A stretch of 15,334 bases of DNA from Chlamydiia bacterium (GCA_041688145.1 JBDNIV010000016.1:1-15334); one strand, 5' to 3'. Counted from the first letter of the stretch, positions 1-7,286 are shown. The notes: generated by a model from the sequence alone, not told the origin. Translations and numbers: made by a program.

Positions 1-1
1 A

Positions 2-2227
2 AAAAAACTAAAAGAAAAGGAAGAAGCTCCCTCTCTTGGAAAGGCTCGCTTTGGGACTTTTTTTGGGGTCTATTTACCCAATATTCTCAATGTTATTGGA
101 GTGATTTTTTTCATGCGTCTTGGTGTTGTCCTCGGCCATGTTGGCTTAACCTCTACTTTAGTTGTTATTATCCTTAGTTTTTGTGTCACAACGCTCACAG
201 GCCTCTCTCTTTCAGCAACTGCTACTAATGGCAAAGTAGGTGATGGTGGGACATATTTTATGGTCTCAAGGTGCTTTGGATTTGAGATCGGCTCGGCTAT
301 TGGCGTATTCCTCTATCTTTCTCAAGCAGCTACAGCAGCTTTTTGCATACTCGGTTTTGCTGAGTCTTTGTCACCTCTTTTGCCTAATGTACCAGCGCCT
401 CTTATAGGCTTAGTTACACTGACAACTCTTGCTGGAATTAGCTATTTCTCTACAGACCTAGTTATGAAAACTCAGTTAGTTATCTTTGTGCTTTTAATAG
501 CCTCAGGCCTTTCTCTTGCTTTTGGACATCCCGTCTCTCTTCCTGAAACAATACCTACGCTGAAAATGTCTCCCCTTACTTTTTGGGGAGCTTTTGCTCT
601 TTTTTTCCCAGCAGCAACAGGTATAGAAGCAGGCGCTTCTATGTCTGGCACTTTAAAAAAACCAAGTTTATCACTCCCACTTGGAACTATGCTGACTTTG
701 CTCACAGCAATTGCTCTTTACATCATAACGCCTATATTTCTAAGCTACATGGCACCTCTAAGTATGCTTGCGAGTGATCCTATGATCATGCTCAAAATTG
801 CTAAATTCGCACCCCTTATCTATATCGGCATTTGGGGCGCTACACTTTCAAGTGTGCTCTCTGGGCTTTTATCAGCTCCAAGAACATTGCAAGCCTTAGC
901 AAAAGACCGGGTAATGCCTGAGTTTATTGGCACAGAGTTTGGAGAAAAGAAAGAGCCTAAAATAGCCATAGTTATCACGTTTGGTCTTATTTTTTGTGCG
1001 GTCTATTTTGCCGACCTCGATAAGCTAGGTCCCCTATTATCAATGTTTATGCTAATTGCATATGGAATGCTGAACCTAGCTTCTGGCTTTGAAGAGCTCC
1101 TTAGCAGCCCTAGCTGGAGACCCACTTTTAGAGTGCCTTGGGTCGTTTCAATGATAGGAGGAGGCTTATGTCTTTTTGCAATGTTTATGATCAATGCAGG
1201 GGCAAGCTTTATGGCTATAGGCCTTGTAATATTGCTTTGCCTAATTATGAAAAGACGCAAGCTCGACGTTCACTGGGACGATATTCGCCAAGGCCTTTTA
1301 ATCTTTTTAGCTCGCTTTGCGGTTTACCGGCTATCGAATATGCCTCAAGTTATGCGCTCCTGGCGCCCAAACTTCCTACTTTTCACTGAGACCCCATCGC
1401 GCTTGCCAAGCTCACAGCTTTTTAACTTTGCTAAATCGATTACACAGGGTCGCGGCTTTTTAACTATCGCTTCGATACTCAGCAGTGAGGCAATTTCTGA
1501 AGAGCGTAGAGTCTCAATCACACGCCTTATCAATGACTCTCTTTTTCGCCAAAGCGCTGATGCCTTAGTTAATGTAAGCCGTGCAAAAGACCCCGCAGAT
1601 GGCATGAAGAAAATGATCTCTAGCTATGGCATAGGCAGCCTTGTTCCTGACAGCATCATACTCGAGGGTGTTGACAAAGAACGCTTTTCAAGGCACTACG
1701 CTGAAGCTATCAATGTAGCTCATGATAAGGGCCGCAATGTGGTGATATTTAGTGAAAAAGCTCTAGATGCAGAGGCCCCGTCTAAAAAGAAAAAAGTCAA
1801 ACATATCGATATTTGGTGGGATGAGCGGTCAAGAAATAACTCCGAGCTCATGGTGCTACTTGCCTATATGCTTACAAGATCTCCTTCATGGAGACGCGCT
1901 AAAATTTGCATCAAAAGCCTTGCTAATGATGAAGCTACAAAAGCCCAAAGGCTGGGGTACTTTGAGGAATTTTTAGCTGCTGGGCGCTTTCAAATTGAAA
2001 CAGAAGTCTACGTAAATCCTACAGGTGATCTGCTCTCTATGGTCCGCTCGTTTTCTAACCCAGAAGCGCTTGTTATGCTAGGGATGCGCGCACCTGATCC
2101 AGAAGAGACTATAGGTAACTACTGTGAGAATGAATACAGCCCTTTATTAGAGGCTACTCGAAGCTTCCCTATGACAGCCTTTGCTCTTACTGCAAAAGAT
2201 GCTTCGTTTGATAAGATTTTTTGCTAA
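2..2227 (+). CDS. Cation-chloride cotransporter (SLC12/CCC family, APC superfamily) homologue, 5'-partial
   Basis: The frame is open from base 2 (KKLKEKEEAPSLGKARFGTFFGVYLPNILNVIGVIFFMRLG), so the GTG at 101 is internal to TM1 and the real start lies upstream of the window. CCC motifs: SATATNGKVGDGGTYFMVSR, FALFFPAATGIEAGASMSG, GATLSSVLSGLLSAPR, SWRPTF, WRPNFL, IDIWW. About 12 hydrophobic segments are followed by a large soluble C-terminal domain. Confidence 0.9.
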   Translation, partial: KKLKEKEEAPSLGKARFGTFFGVYLPNILNVIGVIFFMRLGVVLGHVGLTSTLVVIILSFCVTTLTGLSLSATATNGKVGDGGTYFMVSRCFGFEIGSAIGVFLYLSQAATAAFCILGFAESLSPLLPNVPAPLIGLVTLTTLAGISYFSTDLVMKTQLVIFVLLIASGLSLAFGHPVSLPETIPTLKMSPLTFWGAFALFFPAATGIEAGASMSGTLKKPSLSLPLGTMLTLLTAIALYIITPIFLSYMAPLSMLASDPMIMLKIAKFAPLIYIGIWGATLSSVLSGLLSAPRTLQALAKDRVMPEFIGTEFGEKKEPKIAIVITFGLIFCAVYFADLDKLGPLLSMFMLIAYGMLNLASGFEELLSSPSWRPTFRVPWVVSMIGGGLCLFAMFMINAGASFMAIGLVILLCLIMKRRKLDVHWDDIRQGLLIFLARFAVYRLSNMPQVMRSWRPNFLLFTETPSRLPSSQLFNFAKSITQGRGFLTIASILSSEAISEERRVSITRLINDSLFRQSADALVNVSRAKDPADGMKKMISSYGIGSLVPDSIILEGVDKERFSRHYAEAINVAHDKGRNVVIFSEKALDAEAPSKKKKVKHIDIWWDERSRNNSELMVLLAYMLTRSPSWRRAKICIKSLANDEATKAQRLGYFEEFLAAGRFQIETEVYVNPTGDLLSMVRSFSNPEALVMLGMRAPDPEETIGNYCENEYSPLLEATRSFPMTAFALTAKDASFDKIFC

Positions 2228-2297
2228 ACTAGCGCGAGTTTATTTAGCTGGAAAATGACACAAAAAACCTCTAAGTCTTTTAACTCTTAATTGAATG

Positions 2298-3539
2298 CTA
2301 AGAAATCAGCTCTTCTACAATCTGCTTGACTTTGGCTTGAAAGTCTTCGTGTGGAAGCTCCTTCATTGCCTCTTGGATCCGGCTTCTAATAACCTGATCG
2401 TGCAGGTACTTTTTTAGCAGCTTAGGCAAGTGTTTCACTCGGGTAATCTGTCCCCCTATCTCATATTTAAGCACATAGTCTAGGTGCGCTTTTTCCCAAA
2501 AGACAGGGGGAATAGTACGGTCGATAAGGATAGGCGCTTTTCCCATTGTAATCGCCTCATGAATAGTGCCTGGACCAGGCTTTGTGACTATAAGATCCGC
2601 TATAGCCATAAGCTCTGCTATTTTATCAGTAAAGCCTATGACTTGCATACTATTGGAAGAGTGTAAAGGAACAAGGTTTAACTCTTGTCTTCTAGCCTCA
2701 TCACGTCCGATGCAAACCATGAGGTGCACATTAGCGTCCAGTTTACCAATTTCTCGTGCATAAATAGTGGTAGCTGAACTTCCCGTTCCCCCCATCATGA
2801 TAAGAACCACTTTTTTTCCAGTAGGCACTGCATGCTTCTTACGAAGCTCTTCAGTATCTTTTGGAGTCAAAAATTCAGGGCGAATGGGTTGACCTGCTAC
2901 CGAAACAAGTTTTTGATCAATTTTGTGCTCTATAAGACCTTTTCGAGTGATAGGCTCATCTCTAGGAATCGTCATGCGGAACTTAGGATAAGTGATGTTT
3001 TTCAAGCCATTAGCCCAGAAAGTAAGATCGTCATCTAAAGCAATGAGAATATAAGGAATGTTGTGCTTTTTTGCAGACTCAATACCGCAAGAATTCATAA
3101 AAGGACACACCGATATAATCAGATCAGGCGCCTGTTTATCGACATAAGAGTCGATAATCTTTTGGACCTGACCCTGACCCATTTTGTAAGCAAAGGGGGT
3201 GATATAAGTCAAAAGATTGAGTGTGCGATTCCACCCACCTCTTTGAGGAGCATTAAAGAACGTTTCAACAAGAGGAATACCCAAAAATGACTGATCATCT
3301 ATAGGTCGCTCAATTGTAAATGTATAGTTAGGGCCAAACGCTTGCTGAATTGCACGTGCAGCTGCTTCAGAGCAGTACCCTCCTTTAGAGCTAAATATCA
3401 GCACCTTTTTGCTTTTAGTAAGGTGTGCATCACCTGTTACAGCTCCCATTAAAGGAAATGAAAATACACATGAAAAAGAGAACAGAGAAAAAATAAACGG
3501 CCTTAAGGCCCAATAGACAACATATTTAGACATAAACAT
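2298..3539 (-). CDS. GT28 / GT-B fold glycosyltransferase, MGDG synthase / UgtP-like
   Basis: Motifs KKVLIFSSKGG, PDLIISVCP, GQPIRPEF, VLIMMGGTG, GFTDKIAELMAIADLIVTKPGPGTIHEA match MGDG synthase/UgtP proteins. The N-terminus is hydrophobic. The ATG overlaps the upstream stop (TAATG). Confidence 0.82.
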   Translation of the reverse strand: MFMSKYVVYWALRPFIFSLFSFSCVFSFPLMGAVTGDAHLTKSKKVLIFSSKGGYCSEAAARAIQQAFGPNYTFTIERPIDDQSFLGIPLVETFFNAPQRGGWNRTLNLLTYITPFAYKMGQGQVQKIIDSYVDKQAPDLIISVCPFMNSCGIESAKKHNIPYILIALDDDLTFWANGLKNITYPKFRMTIPRDEPITRKGLIEHKIDQKLVSVAGQPIRPEFLTPKDTEELRKKHAVPTGKKVVLIMMGGTGSSATTIYAREIGKLDANVHLMVCIGRDEARRQELNLVPLHSSNSMQVIGFTDKIAELMAIADLIVTKPGPGTIHEAITMGKAPILIDRTIPPVFWEKAHLDYVLKYEIGGQITRVKHLPKLLKKYLHDQVIRSRIQEAMKELPHEDFQAKVKQIVEELIS

Positions 3540-4345
3540 TAAAATCGGTAAGTAGCGCGGGCATTTATTCCTGCAATTATAAAACGAGTATCTATAAACG
3601 TAGCTATACCTGAAATCCTACCACCATAATGGCGATACTCGAAAAAAGGCACAAGTTGCATACCAAACCCTTTTTCTTTTTTACTCACCTGATAAGTGAA
3701 TGGAAGCTCTATAATATACTGCATCTCATTGTCTACTGGAGCCTTTGAGTAACTGTCTGCTATTTTCAAGCACCTTTTCCCATCAAAGGCGAACTGCACA
3801 CAAAAGTTCAGTCCTAGGCTCACCCAGGGCCTTAAAAAGCGACTGAATAAAAAGCCTGTAGATAGATATGGGTTTTTATAATAATAATCAAGCTCAGGGA
3901 CTGAAGGCTCAACAAAGCGATATTTAGATTGATAATAACCAAAACCCACATAAGGGGTAAGGAAAAGCGTATCGCGCAAAACAGGTTGAATGGAATAGCC
4001 TAAACGCCCCTCTAAAGAATAGTCCGCTACAATAGCCTTAGAAAAGGCGCCTCCTCCTGTTGTACCTGTGGCTTTCCCCCAAGCATAGTTAAATAAAGAA
4101 GCCCAATAGATACTACCGCGCTTTGTTCGATCGAACTTGATATCAAAGCCCTCTAAAAAGCCTTTGGTGCAAGCGCCATTATATACATGCCTTTTTTTCC
4201 AATAAATCCTAGGACCTACTGACAAAGAAATTGGCTTGCTCAAGCGAATAAAACGCTCTGTGTTGAAGGAATAGGCTTCTAGCTTTTTTGATAAAAAAAG
4301 AGCACATAATAAAACAGAAGAGAAAAAGAACTTGCGCAATTTCAT
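3539..4345 (-). CDS. Putative outer-membrane beta-barrel protein (autotransporter beta-domain / porin-like)
   Basis: Sec-type signal peptide (MKLRKFFFSSVLLCALFLSKKLEA), aromatic/Gly-rich alternating strands (LEGRLGYSI, LTPYVGFGY, LVPFFEYRHY) and C-terminal ATYRF ending in Phe (BAM-signal-like). Confidence 0.7.
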   Translation of the reverse strand: MKLRKFFFSSVLLCALFLSKKLEAYSFNTERFIRLSKPISLSVGPRIYWKKRHVYNGACTKGFLEGFDIKFDRTKRGSIYWASLFNYAWGKATGTTGGGAFSKAIVADYSLEGRLGYSIQPVLRDTLFLTPYVGFGYYQSKYRFVEPSVPELDYYYKNPYLSTGFLFSRFLRPWVSLGLNFCVQFAFDGKRCLKIADSYSKAPVDNEMQYIIELPFTYQVSKKEKGFGMQLVPFFEYRHYGGRISGIATFIDTRFIIAGINARATYRF

Positions 4346-4383
4346 GCTATCCTAATATTTTGTTTTTCATAAAAAACATGTCA

Positions 4384-4413
4384 TGTATATAGAATCTTAT
4401 GTATCCATGTCAA
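4384..4413 (-). promoter_or_regulatory. Candidate sigma70/sigma66 promoter for the barrel-glycosyltransferase operon
   Basis: Perfect TTGACA on the minus strand (4413-4408), followed by TATATA at a 16-nt spacer or TATACA at an 18-nt spacer. It overlaps a plus-strand TAGAAT (4390-4395) that could serve the divergent genes. Confidence 0.45.
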
Positions 4414-4432
4414 ACGCATACGGAGGCTTAGC

Positions 4433-4984
4433 GTGAAATTTCTAAAGCAAAAATGGCTCGCCCTTTTCCTTATTTTCCCTCTTCTTTTAATGGCAGACCC
4501 AAGTGAGGACACACCTCGTAACTACTGGGAAGAGCTTTCACAAGAGCAGCATACCAACATGTCTTTTATCATGTCTACTATGTCACGAGCTAACCACACT
4601 CAAATCTTAGTGAATAAATCTAAGCTACGCCAAGCAGGTCACACGCTATCTCCTATTCACCCTTTGCGCTACCTTGAACATATTTTTACCCATCCTGAAC
4701 TTCTAAGAGATCTATGTGGCATTAGCAGGCGTAAAAATTTCTTATGGCCTGGTTTTTTAAACGGTGAAGATGATGGAGTAAAAGACGGTATGATAGGCTC
4801 TCTCAAACAAGAGGCTGCTCTAGGCAACCTAAAGCCAGAACACATTGAGAATTTCACAAGACGCGCCAACCTTAGCTATATCCGAATTGCAAATTCAATC
4901 CGCTCAAAAAACTGGGATGAAATGATGGACTATATCGTAATAGAGGCAATGAAAAGAAATGCTCAAGAACTATATGACTTATAG
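4433..4984 (+). CDS. Exported hypothetical protein, tandem paralogue 1 (IHPLRYL motif)
   Basis: 183-aa ORF with a GTG start, GGAGG ribosome-binding site at 4422-4426 and a signal-peptide-like N-terminus. Many synonymous differences from paralogue 2 support coding function. Confidence 0.85.
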   Translation: MKFLKQKWLALFLIFPLLLMADPSEDTPRNYWEELSQEQHTNMSFIMSTMSRANHTQILVNKSKLRQAGHTLSPIHPLRYLEHIFTHPELLRDLCGISRRKNFLWPGFLNGEDDGVKDGMIGSLKQEAALGNLKPEHIENFTRRANLSYIRIANSIRSKNWDEMMDYIVIEAMKRNAQELYDL

Positions 4985-4996
4985 CGAAAGTCTAGC

Positions 4997-5548
4997 ATGA
5001 AATTTCTAAAGCAAAAGTGGCTTGCCCTTTTTGTTGTTTTTCCACTGCTTCTAATCGCAAACCCGATTGAAGATACGCCTCGTGATTACTGGAAAGAGCT
5101 TTCGCAAGAACAACATGCTAATATGTCTTTTATCCTGTCCACTATGTCAAGAGCTAACCACGCCCAAATCGTAATCAATAAATCTAAGCTGCGCCAAGCT
5201 GGCGATAAACTAGCAAATATCCACCCGTTGCGTAATCTTGAACATGTCTTTACCCACCCTGAACTTTTAAGAGATCTATGTGGTATTAGCAGGCGTAAAA
5301 ATTTTATATGGCCTAGTTTTTTAAACGGTGAAGATAATGGGATGAAAGAGGGTATGATAGGCTCTTTCAAGCAAGAAGATGCTTTAGGTAATATAAAACC
5401 TGAGCACATTGAAAATTTCACAAGACGCACCAACCTTAGCTATATCCGAATTACAAATTCAATCCGCTCAAAAAACTGGAATGAGATGATAGACTATGTT
5501 GTAATAGAAGCAATGAACAGAAACGCTCAAGAACTGTATGACCTGTAG
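4997..5548 (+). CDS. Exported hypothetical protein, tandem paralogue 2
   Basis: 183-aa ORF, collinear with paralogue 1 without indels. My manual count is 32 differing residues of 183 (about 83% identical). Confidence 0.85.
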   Translation: MKFLKQKWLALFVVFPLLLIANPIEDTPRDYWKELSQEQHANMSFILSTMSRANHAQIVINKSKLRQAGDKLANIHPLRNLEHVFTHPELLRDLCGISRRKNFIWPSFLNGEDNGMKEGMIGSFKQEDALGNIKPEHIENFTRRTNLSYIRITNSIRSKNWNEMIDYVVIEAMNRNAQELYDL

Positions 5549-6718
5549 ATGAAATACCACAAAGCCCTGACTGTTTTCTTGTACGCTTTATGTGCTCCTT
5601 TTTTGGCAAGCGCTTCTCCTAAACTCAAGAGCTTTCAGATTGAAGATTTTGAACTTGCTATGCAAGGGCCTGTGACCCGCTTTATTTTCATTATAAAAGA
5701 CAACGCCTATCTCAACACTGAGTCTGAAGACCCCTCTCTTTTAGAAGCTATTGGAAACGCAGCCTTGTCCCCTATCCACTACCTTTTTCAAGCAAATCGC
5801 TACGACACATCAAAACCAGGGCCTGCTACAAACTTAGGTCATGTTTTTGACTATAAAAAAAACAGGGCCTTAAAGACCTGGACAAGTGTTATAGCAACTC
5901 CTAGCTCACTTATTTTAGGTTCGTGCCTTAAAGGGCTCAGCCTTCTTGTCCATAAGGATTCTCGGATTCATCAAGAGGCCATTGGTTTATACTTTAAAGA
6001 CAAAACCCCTCCTTCTAAAGCTAACTATAACGTCTTAGAAAAATGCGGCCTCGCCTCTTTTTCTCAAGAAGTATCTCCATGCCTAAACCTGCCAAAAGGC
6101 CCCCTTGTACACCCGAGCATAAAAGAAGATATAAAAGGGCTTAAAGCAATCTCAAAAATTTTTAAAAAATACAATATCCCTTTTTGGCTTGATGATGGCA
6201 CCTGCTTAGGTGCTTATCGGCATGCAGGACTTATCGCATGGGACTATGACGTAGATATGAGCATTTTACAGCCTGACTTTGAAAATGCAAAGGCTGCTTT
6301 GCAAGAGCTCGACCCTGAGCTGTATGTGCTACAAGATTGGTCAGGAAGTGTCTCTCCCCGCACCTATCTAAGGGTCTTTGTTAAGAAAAACTCCAGCTTG
6401 ATCGATATCTATACTTATAATATTTCTCCCGAAAAAGGGACTGTAAACTATATCTTTTCACTAGAACATTCCTTTTTCATACCTGAAAAATGGAAAGCCC
6501 GTGAAAGAAACCTCGTACATCCCAAGCCAATCAGCTGGCTTTTTCCTCTAAAAAAGACATCTTTTGAAGGTGTTGAAGTATATGTGCCTAATCAGGCTGA
6601 AAAATGGCTACAGTCTAAATATGGAGAAGATATCTCTCCTGCTCGCACCTGGGATGAAAAGAAACAACAGTATCTAAAAGTTGAAGGACATCCCTATTGG
6701 GAAAAAAGTCCTATATAA
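5549..6718 (+). CDS. LicD family phosphotransferase (nucleotidyltransferase fold) with N-terminal extension
   Basis: FWLDDGTCLGAYRHAGLIAWDYDVDMSI matches the LicD motif GTLLGAxRHxGxIPWDDDxD. C-terminal LFPLKKTSFEGVEVYVPNQAEKWLQSKYG is also typical of LicD. Signal peptide-like start ending in ASA, and about 190 aa of unassigned N-terminal sequence. Confidence 0.85.
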   Translation: MKYHKALTVFLYALCAPFLASASPKLKSFQIEDFELAMQGPVTRFIFIIKDNAYLNTESEDPSLLEAIGNAALSPIHYLFQANRYDTSKPGPATNLGHVFDYKKNRALKTWTSVIATPSSLILGSCLKGLSLLVHKDSRIHQEAIGLYFKDKTPPSKANYNVLEKCGLASFSQEVSPCLNLPKGPLVHPSIKEDIKGLKAISKIFKKYNIPFWLDDGTCLGAYRHAGLIAWDYDVDMSILQPDFENAKAALQELDPELYVLQDWSGSVSPRTYLRVFVKKNSSLIDIYTYNISPEKGTVNYIFSLEHSFFIPEKWKARERNLVHPKPISWLFPLKKTSFEGVEVYVPNQAEKWLQSKYGEDISPARTWDEKKQQYLKVEGHPYWEKSPI

Positions 6719-6824
6719 TTCTTTAAATCCACCTCTATTTCTCTAAAATAAAGTGTTTGCTCACCTGAAGAAGTCTATCGGGTTTTTAATCTTAAATATG
6801 TAAGAAAAATCTAGAAAAAAGAAA

Positions 6825-6906
6825 TGCCCGGAATAGGACTCGAACCTACACACCATAAGGCACTTGATCCTAAGTCAAGCGTGTCTACCAATTCCACCAT
6901 CCGGGC
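6825..6906 (-). tRNA. tRNA-Leu (anticodon TAG)
   Basis: Reverse complement GCCCGGATGGTGGAATTGGTAGACACGCTTGACTTAGGATCAAGTGCCTTATGGTGTGTAGGTTCGAGTCCTATTCCGGGCA. It has a 7-bp acceptor stem, anticodon arm CTTGA-CTTAGGA-TCAAG, a long variable arm, a GTTCGAG T-loop and discriminator A. CCA is not encoded. Confidence 0.97.
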
Positions 6907-6919
6907 ATCTAAAGGTGTC

Positions 6920-6949
6920 ACTATAGAATAGATTCTCCCATTTCGTCAA
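6920..6949 (-). promoter_or_regulatory. Sigma70/sigma66 promoter of tRNA-Leu
   Basis: Minus-strand TTGACG-N18-TATAGT ending 13 nt upstream of the tRNA 5' end. Confidence 0.65.
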
Positions 6950-7041
6950 CTTGAGAAAAGCTTATTTGAATAAATAAAAATAAATAGGCGAATAATCAGA
7001 GCAAAACAAGGGATAAAAAAAGTTTACACCCACTTAATACA

Positions 7042-7071
7042 TTGAAAGATAAAGCCCCTTTTTGATACGAT
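7042..7071 (+). promoter_or_regulatory. Sigma70/sigma66 promoter of rpmG
   Basis: TTGAAA-N18-TACGAT with an extended -10 TG (7063-7064) and an A-rich upstream region. An AGGAG ribosome-binding site follows at 7089-7093. Confidence 0.6.
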
Positions 7072-7099
7072 ATGCCCTTTTAAAGACTAGGAGATTCCC

Positions 7100-7264
7100 A
7101 TGGCAAAAAAATCCAGAGCTAGAGAAACTATCAAGCTAAAAAGCACTGAGACTGATGAGATGTATTGGACAACGAAAAATAAGCGTAACCATACAACTCG
7201 CCTAGAGCTCAAAAAGTACGACAAGCGCGCAAAAAAGCACGTTGTTTTTAGAGAAGCTAAATAA
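7100..7264 (+). CDS. rpmG: 50S ribosomal protein L33 (cysteine-free form)
   Basis: Manually translated, not in the ORF track (54 aa): [54 protein letters not shown]. It carries the L33 motifs YxTxKNKR and RLELKKYD, with an AGGAG site upstream. Confidence 0.97.
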   Translation: MAKKSRARETIKLKSTETDEMYWTTKNKRNHTTRLELKKYDKRAKKHVVFREAK

Positions 7265-7286
7265 TCTTAAAGATTGAAGGGCCCTC

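Larger units (their letters stand above)
4429..5548 (+). repeat. Diverged tandem duplication, period 564 bp (4429-4984 and 4993-5548)
   Basis: Both copies begin tagc[g/a]tgaaatttctaaagcaaaa and align without gaps to the TAG stop. Confidence 0.95.

Noticed and set aside
101..103. GTG at 101 as the transporter start codon
   Set aside because: The frame is open to the window edge and the upstream codons encode the conserved FGTFxGVYLP TM1 motif.
2225..2242. TAAACT-N6-AGTTTA palindrome at the transporter stop, echoed by TAAACT-G-AGTTTA at 10136-10148 after lolD
   Set aside because: The arms are only 6 bp and AT-rich with different spacers. That is too weak for an intrinsic terminator and plausible by chance.
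4433..5548. Diversity-generating retroelement template/variable repeat pair (several mismatches have A in copy 2)
   Set aside because: Mismatches overall include many C/T and third-position synonymous changes, both copies are whole genes, and there is no reverse transcriptase in the window.
1..6824. Genomic island integrated at the tRNA-Leu 3' end
   Set aside because: The position is suggestive, but I found no integrase, no duplicated tRNA 3' end and no obvious composition shift by eye. A boundary outside the window cannot be excluded.
6719..6824. Intrinsic terminator or small RNA between licD and tRNA-Leu
   Set aside because: Only weak AT-rich stems such as TCTTA/TAAGA are present, with no GC-rich hairpin followed by a U-tract.
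6825..6906. Amber suppressor tRNA explaining the in-frame TAG stops (plus strand reads CTA in the loop)
   Set aside because: The gene is on the minus strand, so the anticodon is TAG (Leu, reads CUA). Conserved genes in the window contain no internal TAG, so there is no sign of recoding.
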